From NCBI GenBank assembly GCA_964016885.1, contig OZ024749.1, positions 36,332,001 through 36,396,000 on the forward strand: 64,000 bases of DNA, in the 5' to 3' direction. The position numbers were made by a program, and so were the translations under genes. The notes beneath the pieces were generated by a model. The model made no database searches. It was not told the origin of the DNA and was given only the letters and a program-made list of their open reading frames with translations. Shown piece after piece: positions 29,553 to 44,510 of this stretch (the first letter of the stretch is position 1; every line of letters starts with the position of its first letter). The stretch comes from Eledone cirrhosa (taxonomy: Eukaryota).

Positions 29553-30594
29553 CCCCTCCCTTTTCAACATCACTACCACCACATCACCACTACCATATCA
29601 CAACACCATCACTAACTATATCCCCTCACCACTATACCACCACTCTACTACTACCACCACTGTAGTATCTCATCAGTGCTACCATACCACCACCAGAACC
29701 GCCATCTCCATTACTGTACTACTAGCACCACCATGACAGTAACATCACATCACCACTGTACCACCACCACTTTACCACAACCACTGTACCACTACCACCA
29801 CCATGATAGTAATATCACATCACCACTATACCACCACCACTTTACCACAACCACCACCACCACTATACTACCACCACCACCACTATACCACCACCACTAT
29901 ACTACCACCACCACCACCACCACCACTATACCACCACCACCACCACCACTTTACCACAACTACTGTACTACTACCGCCACCATGACAGTAACATCACATC
30001 ACCACTGTACCGCCACCACCACCACTTTACTACAACCACTGTACTACTACCACCACCATGATAGTAATATCACATCACCACCATCACCACCACTATACCA
30101 CCACCACCACCATCATCATATATCTATCTTTCTGTGTGTATTACTGACCCATTACATCTCTATATGGATTGAGGAGTGTGGGAGGGGATTAGGAGACAAG
30201 AACACAGAGAGAGAGTGGAGGAGTAGACAAAGGGGCTGGAGAGGTAGATAAACATTGAGAGAGGGGAATGGACAGGTAGACAGTGAGTGAGAGAGAGAGA
30301 GAGAGAGGAATAGTGACTGGTAGAGAAGGTGACTCTATAAAGAGGAATGGTGACAGGTGAGAGAAGTAAAGAAAAGTATCAGTTCTCTCCCCCTATATCT
30401 CCCCCCCCCCCCCACATACAATCCATAGTCACATTTCTCTACAAGGGAAAGTGTGTGTATGCATATGTATGTATGTATGGGTATATATATAAAGGGCGTA
30501 AGAACTCAAGAGTCAACGGCCATCCAAAAGTGTGTAAATATGTATATACATATGTATGTATATGTGTATATACATGGGTGCATGTGTATGTATA

Positions 30595-31070
30595 TGTGCG
30601 GGGACATAGAAATAGTCGGGCTGGACACCCGATCGCGCGGTTCAACCACTGGGAGTGAAGGACCCCTAGTCTTTGTCAGGACATTCTTCTAAGAGAAGGC
30701 AACTCAGGAAACTGGGATAACTCCGATATAAAACCTGCGGCTCAGTAGTTACCGATGATGTTGATCTTTTCTTCTTTTAGGGTTATAGCTACTGTCGCTC
30801 AGAGAGTGGGATTGGCTCAGTGCACAGTCTTTCCTCACTTAAAAAAATATCTTCATGCACAGGCATTGCACGATAGAATTAATTAATAATTATTAATAAT
30901 GGTATATCGTGCAATGGCCATACTCGATAACTTAGTAAACTTTGATCATAGGTCTGTAGTACTATGGGTGACCTAGGGCTAAAGAAACACCAACACCACA
31001 GTTCCCTCTCCTTCCTCCATATAACACATCATAGGTTTACTGTGCCATGGTCGACCTAGGGCTAAACAAC
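30595..31070 (+). mobile_element. Probable internally deleted non-autonomous LINE-derived element
   Basis: GC/CpG-richer island with a hairpin (cattgcacgata...tatcgtgcaatg) and a twice-repeated end gacctagggctaaa. No ORF, and the family assignment is tentative. Confidence 0.4.
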
Positions 31071-31306
31071 CACCCCGACCATATAACATGTGATCAATAC
31101 AGTTGATTGTGACTAATTACACACATTCTTCTTAAAAATTATCACACTTTGCAACATTGCAATATTGGTGCACATGTGCATAGTGTGCTCTTAATGCACG
31201 TGCACATACATCACACAGCTCTTGCTGCACAGACACATACACAAAAGCCTTGCTATACACACACATACACATATATAGATTGTACCTACACACACACACA
31301 CATTCG

Positions 31307-31339
<33 letters not shown>

Positions 31340-31535
31340 ATGTGTGTGATTTAATATAGAAATGGCTTCTACAGGACTAGAACTGTTTCATTTCAAGGAA
31401 ATCATCAGGGTTTTTCCTGAAGTCACTGTTAGATTTGGGGGGAGATGGTGGCTTAATGGTTCTTAATCCACCAAGATCATCATCATCATCAAATAGTTCT
31501 TAATTTGGTTCAAACCTACTACTTACAGTAGTAGC

Positions 31536-31567
<32 letters not shown>

Positions 31568-32760
31568 TACATACACACATTCACACAAACTTATACACCC
31601 CTCCCTTACACAAACACATACATACACCCTTTTCCTACATCCACATACAATCTCTTCTGATATTTGTCTTTCTACTCTCTGCTTTGTCCTCAAACCCTCT
31701 CCCTTCTTCTTGTTATCCCCCCCACCCATCAATACCCCATTCACCAACACTCCACTCCAACCTCCACTCCGACTTCCACTCCACTCCAACCTCCACTCCA
31801 CTCCGATTTCCACTCCACTCCAACCTTCACTCCACATATTTAAAACACTTCTACATGACTTCATCCATTTCTAAATTACTTAAATTCAAATGTTTCTGGT
31901 TGTTCCACCCCACAACTTCCTCCACTACACTAGCACCACCACCACTATACCACCACCACCACTATACCACCACCACCACCGCCTCTACCATCACACCAAC
32001 AGCACCACTATACCACCACCACCACCACTAACACCACACCACCACCACTTCCACCTAACTACCCATGCACTCTCTTCCCCACTGTTTCCATACTTTATCG
32101 TTGCTCTCTCTCTCTCTCTCTCTCTCACACACATGTATTTATCTGTTTATCTCTCTTTCCCTCTCTCCCTCTCTCTCTCTCTATATATATATATATATTT
32201 TTATTTTTTTATTTCTCTCTATCACACACCCTCTCTCTCTCTCTATATATATATATATATTTATCTATCTGTTTATCTCTATCTATCTCCCTCTCTCTCT
32301 CTGTATATATATATATATATTTTATTTCTCTCTATCACACACCCTCTATCTCTCTCTCTCTATATATATATATATTTATCTATCTGTTTCTCTATCTATC
32401 TCCCTCTAGACCACCACCATTACATCATTTTTAATGCTCCTTTTATTTTCAAATTAATTCATATCTACTTATTCATGGCCTGATGCTCTAGATGGAACAA
32501 CAACAACAACAACAACAACAACACTAACCATAATAACAGCAACAATAACCATAATATCAATAACAACAATGATAGTTATTCATGCCCAGTTGATCTGGAT
32601 ATGATCATCATTGTCATAACAATAATGATAATTGTCATAATAATAATAATAATAATAATAGTAATAATAATAGTAATAATGGTTGTTTTATTAGGTTTAT
32701 CTTTGAAATTTCCATCTCCTCGATTCTTTAGTATAATTTCATTTGGGTAATTTTAAAAAC

Positions 32761-32792
<32 letters not shown>

Positions 32793-33281
32793 GTGTTTAA
32801 AAAGTTGTGAGTGTGCATCATCTCGCTATTATTTAACATCTATTTTCCCCTGCTTGCATGAGTTAGACCATATCGAGGTCACGTGTCACTACTACAACTA
32901 CTACTACAGCTGCATTAGTTACAGACTGGACATAAATGTGTTGTTATTAACAAACTTTTTCCGTTTGAGGTGGGTGATCACCTGCTGAAGATGTACTGCA
33001 GTTTCAAATTACGTAATGTCTGCAGATGTTGCCTAACTACTGTGAATATCAGTTGCAGCAGTAACTGTTATGAGTAGACGGTATTACTGAAATTATCATC
33101 TTTAGTCTGGGTTTATATGATATACAGCTGTAATTTCCCATGTACTACCATTTCCTTATTAATAATGTAGAGTGTGAGTTATAAGTTTGTATTTTCTTAC
33201 ATACACATGTACACATCCGATGATATCATTGACTAAAGAACAGCAGAAGCTACATGGATTCGCTCTGGCTAGCTTCGTAAA

Positions 33282-33334
<53 letters not shown>

Positions 33335-33551
33335 ACTTCTACAGGACCAGAACTGTTTCATTCTTTCATATAAAATCATCATTTTTGATCATTTCTTACA
33401 AATTAAATAGAAGTCATTTCTGTGTATATAATATATATATATATATATATACACACAGAGAGAAACAATCCAACTGGATGCTGTTCCTATCACCAATCAC
33501 TTTGAGTGTAGAGTGTGCATTTTATTGTGGCACTGCCATTATGTCTGTCTG

Positions 33552-33608
<57 letters not shown>

Positions 33609-33612
<4 letters not shown>

Positions 33613-33864
33613 TAATAATAATAAATTTGAAGACTAAAATCCATAAGGATAAATGTATATCAAATATATAAGAACCCTAGAGCAAATATTTATTAAAATA
33701 ACAGATTAAAGTTTAAGCAAAGAATCGCTGCTTTCACCCTTAACGGCATCTTCTGAAACTAAAAAAATCAATCTGTGAACGCAGAAGTAAATATTTCGAA
33801 AAACGTTGCAACCGAAGGAAGACAGGAAGACGATACTTTGGTTAAACTTTAATCTGTTATTTTA

Positions 33865-33871
<7 letters not shown>
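33609..33871 (-). mobile_element. Fold-back element (family of 56730)
   Basis: Arms 33687-33716 and 33842-33871, with the tail on the left. Reverse complement matches 56764-56912. Confidence 0.75.
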
Positions 33872-33915
<44 letters not shown>

Positions 33916-34473
33916 CACACGCACACACACACACACGTGTGTGTGTGTACATGTGATTATTAGTATGTTTTAACTGTTATACATAATATTAAGATATGTT
34001 CTCTACTAAATTATATTACACATTTAATACAAGTCTCTCTTACTTCGATGGTAAAACATTTCAAGGAGTTGTGTGTGTGTTGGTCAAATTTCTCTTTGAT
34101 TCCAGTCTGTGAGTTCTTTAATTAATCAACCAAATTCTTCATGTGACACTTACAACTGCTGATGTATCATTTTCTTTTTCAAAACATTCACCAATATACT
34201 GTCTGTGTATATGTGTGGGCTTGTGTGTCTCTCTTTGTATCTGTATATATGTGTGTGTGTGTGCTTGTGTGTCTCTCTTTGTGTCTGTATATATGTGTGT
34301 GTGTGTGGGCTTATGTGTCTCTCTGTATGTCTGTATATATGTGTGTGTGTGTGCTTGTGTGTCTGTATATATGTGTGTGTGACTCTCTGTATGTATGTAT
34401 GTATATATATATATGTGTGTGCTTGTATGTCTGTATATATGTGTGTGTGCTTGTGTGTCTCTCTGTGTGTTTG

Positions 34474-34505
<32 letters not shown>

Positions 34506-34547
34506 CTTGTGTGTCTGTATATATGTGTGTGTGACTCTCTCTGTATG

Positions 34548-34586
<39 letters not shown>

Positions 34587-34617
34587 CTATATATATATAT
34601 ATACATATATATATATA

Positions 34618-34669
<52 letters not shown>

Positions 34670-34978
34670 TGTATGTACATTTCTGTAAGCATAAATAGGT
34701 ATTTGTGCATGTATAATTATATTTGTCATATACTGTTTGATGTTACTTTAAGTTTCACAATATTTCAATTAATCATGTTGGTCAATAATATAATGCATTC
34801 TTTTATGGTGTTGTCACATGACTGGTTTGCTGTTTCATTGGCTAAAACTGATCATGTGATTTACTTGCAATGGGTGGAAATACAACTAAAAATACTTGTC
34901 CCCCCAAAAAAAATGTTATTTAATTTAATGGCAGGATTCTGATTGTCAAAATAATATATTTTGTGAGTTTGTCTTTAA

Positions 34979-35198
34979 CCCTTTAGTATTTAAACTGGCC
35001 ATATCTGGCCAGAATTCTCTCACCTCTTTCTGTTCAAACTGGCTATAACCAGCTGTCATACTGATGTTAAGGTATTGTTCTCAAAATAAATAATATCAAA
35101 ATCTCAGAGATTCGATATTATGTGAGATATTTATGTAAGGTAAAGCCCTTACCATGAAAATACAATAGTATATATAGAGTAAAGTAAATGTTAAAGGG
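34979..35198 (+). mobile_element. piggyBac-type MITE
   Basis: TTAA-ccctttagtattta...taaatgttaaaggg-TTAA. Four copies of this family in the window. Confidence 0.88.
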
Positions 35199-35445
35199 TT
35201 AAGTTAGAGATTTTATTTCATTTTACTTCAGTCCACTTAGATGAAGAATAGGAGTTATGCTTGTAATTCAAACTTCAGCTATGTCATATAGGATGTCATG
35301 TTGAATCTCCCTGAGAATTATGTTAATAGTACATATGTCAGTGGGATGCTCAGACACTTGAATATTAATTTCATGAGCCGACTGTGCCATTGTTCAATCA
35401 ACTGGGACACTCATCGTTGGAACCGAGAGTAGTTTAGCGTTTGTG

Positions 35446-35476
<31 letters not shown>

Positions 35477-35593
35477 TTGTTTGTGTGTTTGTGTATGTTT
35501 GTGTATGTATGAATCATCTTCTATATTGTTGGTGATTGTGATTGGTGGTGTTGGATGTGCTGATGGCATTAGTGGTGTTGGGAGTGTTACTGG

Positions 35594-35668
<75 letters not shown>

Positions 35669-36126
35669 ATATATATGGTATCTATGGTGATGATATATAT
35701 GGTAGCTACAATGATTATGATGTTGTTGATGTTAATAATAGTAAATAAGTAAAAGTTCATGTGTGTGAAATTTCCCACTTGTTGCTCTTAACTTCTCTCA
35801 CGGAAGAAGAGCTACTCAAATATTTATGTTTAACATCAAAATCTGTAAAACTTCTCACTTCTGGCTGTTGTGTGTAAATGTTTGGGTTTCACTTTACCTT
35901 ATAGTTGTTTGTGTTATAGGCTATAGCTATCTTTCACTTAGCCTATAGTTGTTTTATCCTATAGTTATGCTTCAGCCAATAGTTGTTTGTGTTTTGGCTT
36001 ATAGTTGTGTGATAGCCTATAATTATGTTTTAGCCTATTCTTTTACTGGTTTGTCATTGGATTGTTGCCATGCTGTAGCACCACTTTAAAGGGATATATA
36101 TATATATATATATATATAATTATATA

Positions 36127-36160
<34 letters not shown>

Positions 36161-36163
<3 letters not shown>

Positions 36164-36490
36164 AGGCACATGGCTTAGTGGTTAGAGCATTGACCTTGCA
36201 ATCGAAAGGTTGTGAGTTCAATTCTCAGATCAGGTGATGTGTTGTTTCCTTGAGCAAGACACTTTATTCCACATTGCTCCAGTTTACTCAGCTGTAGAAA
36301 TGAGATGATAGGGACTGGGGTCCATATCATTCCACTGCAAAGTGGTCGTGGAGGTGCCACGGCAGAAAAGCACCCAGCACTCACTGTAAATGAGGTTGGT
36401 GTTAGGAAGGGCATCCAGCTGTAGAAATCAAGCCAGAATCAGTTCCTGTCCCACCCTTGAGAGCAGGGAAAAGTGGACATAAAATGATGA

Positions 36491-36494
<4 letters not shown>
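36161..36494 (+). mobile_element. tRNA-derived SINE family A
   Basis: tggaggcacatggcttagtggttagagc head through (gat)n tail, flanked by (TA)n. Confidence 0.9.
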
Positions 36495-36560
<66 letters not shown>

Positions 36561-36704
36561 GGTGTGGAAGGCTATCTAGCAAATTTCACTCAAAAAGAGG
36601 AAGTGAACTTGAAACCATGTGATTGCTAAATGAACTCCATAAACACAGTCATGCCTGTTTTGTTTTAGAAATACTGTAATAGTTTTAGTTAACTAACTCT
36701 GTAT

Positions 36705-37355
36705 TAGTACTAGTAAACTAACTCCATAGTAGTACTAGTAAACTAACTCCATAGTAGTACTAGTAAACTAACTCCATAGTAGTACTAGTAAACTAACTTC
36801 ATAGTAGTACTAGTAAACTAACTTCATAGTAGTACTAGTAAACTAACTTCATAGTAGTACTAGTAAACTAACTTCATAGTAGTACTAGTAAACTACCTCC
36901 ATAGTAGTACTAGTAAACTAACTTCATAGTAGTACTAGTAAACTAACTTCATAGTAGTACTAGTAAACTAACTCCATAGTAGTACTAGTAAACTAACTCC
37001 ATAGTAGTACTAGTAAACTAACTCCATAGTAGTACTAGTAAACTAACTTCATAGTAGTACTAGTAAACTAACTTCATAGTAGTACTAGTAAACTAACTCC
37101 ATAGTAGTACTAGTAAACTAACTCCATAGTAGTACTAGTAAACTAACTCCATAGTAGTACTAGTAAACTAACTCCATAGTAGTACTAGTAAACTAACTCC
37201 ATAGTAGTACTAGTAAACTAACTCCATAGTAGTACTAGTAAACTAACTCCATGGTAGTACTAGTAAACTAACTCCATAGTAGTACTAGTAAACTAACTCC
37301 ATAGTAGTACTAGTAAACTAACTTCATAGTAGTACTAGTAAACTAACTGTAGTAC
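36705..37355. repeat. 25-bp minisatellite, about 26 copies
   Basis: actccatagtagtactagtaaacta, highly homogeneous. Confidence 0.95.
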
Positions 37356-37429
37356 TAATTTTATGTTTTAGTAGTTGTTGGTCTTCACCAGTGTTCTGGT
37401 CTGTGATGGTTATCGAAGTTTAAAGAGAC

Positions 37430-37690
37430 TGCATGTGTCTCTGTGGTTAAGCTGTTCTTCATTTCACTGTCTTAAGTGTCTGAGTTCAATTTCTGATGGT
37501 GCATTGTGTCCTTGAGCAAGACCTTTTATTTCACACTACTTCAGTCCACTCAGATGGAAAAAATGAATTGTATCTGTATTTCAAAGGGCTTGCATTGTCA
37601 CAAACTGTGTTATGCTGAATCTCCCTCAGAACTACGTTAAATGTACATGTTTCTGTGGGGTGCTCAGCCACTTATACGTTAACTTCACTG
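37430..37690 (+). mobile_element. tRNA-derived SINE family B (related fragments at 11385-11560 and 35205-35435)
   Basis: gtggttaag...gagttcaat head, gtgtccttgagcaagacc central block, and a shared tgaatctccct body. Confidence 0.7.
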
Positions 37691-38819
37691 TGGTCCAACA
37701 CACACAGTCTAAACTGGTAGTTTAACATGACAAATTATTATTGTCTGTATTATTCTCTTCTCCACCATCACTCTTCTCCACCATCATTGTCTTGCCAGCA
37801 CCATCACCATTACTACTATCATCATAATTAAATAACATTTTCTCACACCTTTGTTGCAATGTAAAGTGTCCCTGAGCCCCAGAGAGATGGAAAGGGGTGA
37901 TGGCGATGATGGCGTCGGTGGTGGTGATGGTGGTGATGGTGGTGAAGTTGAGGTGGTAGTTATAAAACTACAACAAAGAATAACAATATCAACAGCAAAT
38001 ACAACTACCACCATCATATCAATAACCATCATCACAACATCACTATAACCACCACCACATCCACCACAACCACCACAACACGCATCACTATAACCACCAC
38101 CACAACACACATCACTATAACCACCACCACAACACACATCACTATAACCACCACCACAACCACCACAACCACTATAACCACCACCACAACACGCATCACT
38201 ATAACCACCACCACAACAACCATCACTATAACCACCACCACAACAACCATCACTATAACCACCATCACCACCACAACCACCACCACAACTACCACAACAA
38301 CCATCACTATAACCACCACCACAACACGCATCACTATAACCACCACCACAACCACCACAACCACTATAACCACCACCACCACACGCATCACTATAACCAC
38401 CACCACAACACGCATCATTATAGCCACCACCACAACAACCATCACTATAACCACCATCATCACCACCACAACCACCACAACAACAACCATCACTATAACC
38501 ACCATCACCACCACAACCACCACAACAACCACCACAACAACAACCATCACTATAACCACCACCACACTCATCACAATTGCTACAACCACCACCGCCCCTA
38601 CTACTACATCAACAACTACTATAACTACAACCACCACCACTACTTTAACAACCATTACTACAACAACCGTTACTTCAACAACAACAACAACATGTGGCAA
38701 AATGTTTTCTGTAATTACAATATTTTTTTAGTTTCCAATCTCGGCAAAAAAAAAAAAATGGGAATATTTTGGCAGAAATTCAAGGGAACTTTAGACATTT
38801 CTTTCAACTTTAATCACAA

Positions 38820-38850
<31 letters not shown>

Positions 38851-39624
38851 ATTTGTCTGTGTGTGCATGTATTTGTATGTGTATGCATGTATATGTGCAT
38901 GTATGTGTGTTTGTGGATATATATATATATATATATCCACATGCACACATTCTATATAATATATGTACACACATATGCCTGAATGCATATATATCATTAC
39001 ACGCACACGTGTGTGTGTGTTGATAGGTTTTGTTTTAAACTATTGGTGCCTATCCAATATGTTTTCTATATCTAATTAATAATTAATGAATAAACTGCAT
39101 GGTTGATTCAATCAATTTTTCCCTCCCCTAATATTTACTGGAGCATCCCCTGCACCCTAATTAAAATGATAAACTTCTAACTTGTACCCCTTACACTGTA
39201 CTTCACCGAAACTAATCTTAATGGTTCGTTAAGTCTTCCTTCATAATTACTTTGTTATATGTGAAATAAAGCAGTTATAGTACTGTTGTTGCCAGAGTTT
39301 GTTTTCTCCAAGGTAACCATTCTATAGTGTTCTTAATCCTTCTATAGTGTACTAAACACCTCAAACTGCCACAGGTTCTTTGATACTAAACTGTTTGTTT
39401 TAAAGTGTTTATATTTGTTTAAAAACCTAGCATAATTTTATGTAAGAACCTTTATGTTCGAAACTCCAGCTTAATGAGAAATTTAATTATATTACTAAAT
39501 CACTTCAAATTGTTAATTTTGAAATTTATTTGAAAATAATAGGCATCAAAAATATGGTAATGAAAATATGTAAAAAGAAGTAAAGGTGATGTTATTACAT
39601 CCTGTCCTGTTAGAAGTATTTTAC

Positions 39625-39863
39625 TGAAGTAGAAATACTGAGGCTTGTCCAGCTGCTTTCTCTTTGCACCAGTCGCTGTTGAGACCTCAGGCATTCTCAA
39701 ACTCTGTACATTTGACCTTCTCCGTAAAATCAGAATGACAATAGCCTGTCTGAGGAAAGAGCCCTGTAAGGTGGCTGCTGGAGCAGGGTGGCTGCTGCAG
39801 CAGGTGTCTGTGGAAATGCCTTTGTCATCTTTTCCATGGGATGCAGCCAAAATACCACCCTGA
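39625..39863 (+). pseudogene. Remnant of a CRE-like non-LTR element, C-terminal restriction-like endonuclease region
   Basis: KY*GLSSCFLFAPVAVETSGILK...WLLQQVSV resembles the KYxxLxxxFxPxAVETxGxxG...LxQRxSxA motif. Confidence 0.65.
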
Positions 39864-40903
39864 CTTAACTGTAGAGTCTGTTACCATCTCCCCTTCTTCC
39901 TTTCATTCTTTTGTCACCTAATAATCCGTGCTCTTTCCTTCCTTTTCCTCTCATAGCATTTACAGACCTTTCCACTGCTACTTCATTTTTATATATGCTT
40001 GACTAAATATTAAATTATTTATTTTTATGTAATTTTATCCTACAAATATATTTGAGTAGTTTGAAATAAAAGTTGCCACTAAATTTATCATAAAAGAAAA
40101 TGTTCCTCTATAAATGGTACCATTTCTCTGGGCAGTACTCCTTCTCATTTCATTCAATCTCAGCCATTATTTACCCACTCAAAGGTAAAGACTTTCCCAA
40201 AATCACTTGCCAGTTGTTCCTCTCCTGTGTTGCTCTCATCCATGCCATAGTGTTGTTTGTACTTTTCAAGAATGTCTTGCTAATGTGGTTTATTAATTCA
40301 AATGTGTATAGTAATTTTACTGGTGGACAGATTGTGGTGAACATTTGCAGTACTAGAGTAACGACTTGAATATTCAATGTGATGTAATTATAATGCTCTT
40401 TTGTACTTTTCTCAATAATCTCTTGCTAATGTGGTTTAATTCAAATGTTTATCGTATCTTTACTGGTTGGCAGATTGCTGTTAAAGACTTTGAATTTCAA
40501 TGTGATGCAGTCATAGTTCTTTTTAAGAATGTCTTGCTAAAGTGGTTTGATATGGTAGAGGATATTAAGAGGTAATACTCTCTGGTAGTCCTGTATGATA
40601 TTGTCCTAGTTCCAGTACTGTTCTAAAGTGTTTGAGTTCAATCCTAGCTGTAGGCTATATGTTTATATGAGGTAAAAATATTTCAGGAAGCCAATCAGAC
40701 TGAAACACAGTAAGGTTACAAATAAGCAGAAAAACAAGGTTAATAGTTTTATCAATATGTTATTGATCTATTGATATCTATGAAATACAGACAGATTGCT
40801 TCTGGGTAGGTATGGAAGATGTATGTGTGGTTGTGTATACTTATATATATATATATATATAAATATTGTGTGTGTGTGTGTGTACTTCCATAAAAGTGTT
40901 ATA

Positions 40904-40969
<66 letters not shown>

Positions 40970-41100
40970 TTTATGACTTTGCTATTTGAAGTATTCAGAT
41001 TGTGAAAACCCTGATTTCTATGACGAACCACATTTTAATATGCACACATACACATCATCATCATTTAACATTGGTTTTCCCTGCTAGCAGAGATATATAT

Positions 41101-41144
<44 letters not shown>

Positions 41145-41330
41145 TTCCTTCTCCTGCAACCTGTCTTTTTCTTTCTCTCCCTATCTGTTCTTAGCTTTTA
41201 TATACTTAGGTAGTGTACATATGGTAGGGTAGGGTGGAGATGGGTTGGTACTTAACCCAGAGCACAGCACACTGCCAGTGGCATGACATGAACTCTGAAT
41301 GCTTTAGCCAGGGGACCAATCCAGCATTCA

Positions 41331-41362
<32 letters not shown>

Positions 41363-41786
41363 GTATATATATTGTATATACATTACATTAATCCACCCGC
41401 TATATATTATTTGGTTGTCAAGTATGAAATTTGTAGAAATTTGTTATTTTTTTCTGCAAATATCTACAAATTTCATACTTGACGACCCAATAGATATAAA
41501 TCTGTAGGTTTGTTGTATTGATCTCCCCCCCCCCATCTCCCACCCTTGCGCACGCACACACACATACACACAGACACACACAGAAAAGCCCATTGAAGCT
41601 GCACCACCACCACCACCACCACCACAAACCTATCATTCCACTTGTTTTCATCTTCCATTGTCCTTCTATCTATAAACTTAGGTGTGCTGGGGTGTGTTGT
41701 ATTATAGTGTTGAGATCTGGTGTGTTGTGGGGCTGTATGATGTGGTTGTGTGAAGTCGTAATATGGTCTGGTGTTGTGACATGACA

Positions 41787-43045
41787 TGGTGGTCTTGTAT
41801 GATGTGCTGTTGTATTTTCTAGTGTGTTGTGGTGTAGTTGTGTGTTGTGTAATGGTGGTGTTGTATGATGTGCTGTTGTATTTTCTAGTGTGTTGTGGTG
41901 TAGTTGTGTGTTGTGTAATGGTGGTGTGTATGATGTGCTGTTGTATTTTCTAGTGTGTTGTGGTGTAGTTGTGTGTTGTGTAATGGTGGTGTGTATGATG
42001 TGCTGTTGTATTTTCTAGTGTGTTGTGGTGTAGTTGTGTGTTGTGTAATGGTGGTGTGTATGATGTGCTGTTGTATTTTCTAGTGTGTTGTGGTGTAGTT
42101 GTGTGTTGTGTAATGGTGGTCTTGTATGATGTGCTGTTGTATTTTCTAGTGTGTTGTGGTGTAGTTGTGTGTTGTGTAATGGTGGTGTGTATGATGTGCT
42201 GTTGTATTTTCTAGTGTGTTGTGGTGTAGTTGTGTGTTGTGTAATGGTGGTGTGTATGATGTGCTGTTGTATTTTCTAGTGTGTTGTGGTGTAGTTGTGT
42301 GTTGTGTAATGGTGGTATTGTATGATGTGCTGTTGTATTTTCTAGTGTGTTGTGGTGTAGTTGTGTGTTGTGTAATGGTGGTGTGTATGATGTGCTGTTG
42401 TATTTTCTAGTGTGTTGTGTGTTGTGTAATGGTGGTCTTGTATGATGTGCTGTTGTATTTCCTAGTGTGTTGTGGTGTAGTTGTGTGTTGTGTAATGGTG
42501 GTCTTGTATGATGTACCGTTGTATTTTCTAGTGTGTAGTTGTGTGTTGTGTAATGGTGGTGTTGTATGATGTGCTGTTGTATTTTCTAGTGTGTTGTGGT
42601 GTAGTTGTGTGTTGTGTAATGGTGGTCTTGTATGATGTGCTGTTGTATTTCCTAGTGTGTTGTGGTGTAGTTGTGTGTTGTGTAATGGTGGTGTGTATGA
42701 TGTGCTGTTGTATTTTCTAGTGTGTTGTGGTGTAGTTGTGTGTTGTGTAATGGTGGTGTTGTATTTTATAGTGTGTTGTGGTGTAGTTGTGTGTTGTGTA
42801 ATGGTGGTGTGTTTGATGTGCTGTTGTATTTTCTAGTGTGTTGTGGTGTAGTTGTGTGTTGTGTAATGGTGGTGTTGTATTTTATAGTGTGTTGTGGTGT
42901 AGTTGTGTGTTGTGTAATGGTGGTGTTGTATTTTCTAGTGTGTTGTGGTGTAGTTGTGTGTTGTGTAATAGTGGTGTTGTATGATGTGCCGTTGTATTTT
43001 CTAGTGTGGTGTGGTGTAGTTGTGTGTTGTGTAATGGTGGTGTTG
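41787..43045. repeat. 65-66-bp minisatellite
   Basis: gtatgatgtgctgttgtattttctagtgtgttgtggtgtagttgtgtgttgtgtaatggtggtgt repeated about 20 times. Confidence 0.93.
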
Positions 43046-43869
43046 TGATTTTCATGCTACCTTTTAATGTGTGGCATTTTGTCATGTTTGCGATACGGTG
43101 TTGTATTGTCTGGTATGTTGTGTGTTGTGGTGGTATGTGGTCTGTTATAGTGTTGTGTGTTGTGGTGGGTTGTGTGATGTTGTGGTTTGACATGATGTGT
43201 AATGCTATGGTGTTGTGGTGTTTTCCTGGTGTGATGTGATGTGATGGTATATGCTGCAATGTGATGTGATGTGTTGTGATGTTGTGTGACAGTATGAGGA
43301 AGACTCTTGCCCAAATTAACATACAATGAAATTGAACTTGTGATCTCAAGATTACAAAAGCAACCTGTTAATAATTCAGCAGTGCCTTTACCCATGTCTG
43401 ACAATATCTGTTAACCTCAGGCCCTCCATCTCTCTCTCTCTCCATCACTCTCTCTCTCTTTATCTATCTATCTCTTTACCTATCTCTCTATCTCTCTCTC
43501 TCTGTATATATATATACTCACATACATACACACACTCTCACACACAAAATCTTTCTATTTGCAATCTCAATCTCCAATCTTCTTTGCTCGTCAACCTCCT
43601 CCACTGAACTTCTTGACACAAATCTCAAGAATTATCTCTCAGTATTTTCTTTTATTTTTAATACTTTATTTTATCCTAAGATGAAAGCTTCTTCCCAATT
43701 CCATTTAAGTTGCTAACCATATTTAAAATGGTTTCTTTTGTACAACACTACTCTCCAACATTGTGCCATTTATCTTGTCTTTTTATTTTAGTCTATATTA
43801 TCTCAATTTAATAATTTGATATTATATTTTCATTATTATTGTTATTATCATCATTATTATTATTATTAG

Positions 43870-44510
43870 CTGTAAGGGCGGTGGATTGGTTTCTGAATTC
43901 TGAGTTCAAATCTCACTGAGGTCAACTTTGACTTTCGTTCTTGCTGAAACAATAAAATAAACTACCAGTCAAGTACTGGGGTCAATTTAATCAACTTGCC
44001 CCTTCCTCCAAAATTGTTGGCCTTGTGCTTAAATCAGATATCATTTTGGCAGTATCGGTAGAGGGTTGGACACCATGCTTTGCAGCAAAGAGTTACAGCC
44101 CTTTATGGTCTGAGTTCAAATCATGCCGAGGTTAACTTTGCCTTTCATCCTTATGGGGTCGATAAAATAAAGTACCAGTAATACACTGGGATAATTGCTG
44201 GCCTTATGCCAAAAGGAGAAACAATTATTATTAGTAAAATAAAGATAAAATAAAGTACCAGTAATATACTGGGATAATTGCTTGCCTTGTGCCAAAAGTA
44301 GAAACAATTATTATTAATAATATTGGCAGTATTGGTAGAGGGTCGAACACCAGGCTTTGCAGCATAGAGTTACGGCCCTTTACGATTACGATCTGAGTTC
44401 AAATCCCACTGGTGTTAACTTTGCCTTTCATCCTTATGGGGTCGATAAAATAAAGTACCAGTAATGCACTGGAGTAATTGCTGGCCTTGTGCCAAACGTA
44501 GAAACTATTA
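43870..44510 (+). mobile_element. Cluster of three degenerate SINE copies (family C)
   Basis: Repeated ctgagttcaaatc...aactttgcctttcatcc...gtcgataaaataaagtaccag...gctggccttgtgccaaa. Confidence 0.75.

Noticed and set aside
36161-36232. tRNA gene
   Set aside because: This is the tRNA-derived head of a multi-copy SINE and has no complete cloverleaf.
36705-37355. CRISPR-like array
   Set aside because: Units are contiguous with no unique spacers, and the context is eukaryotic.
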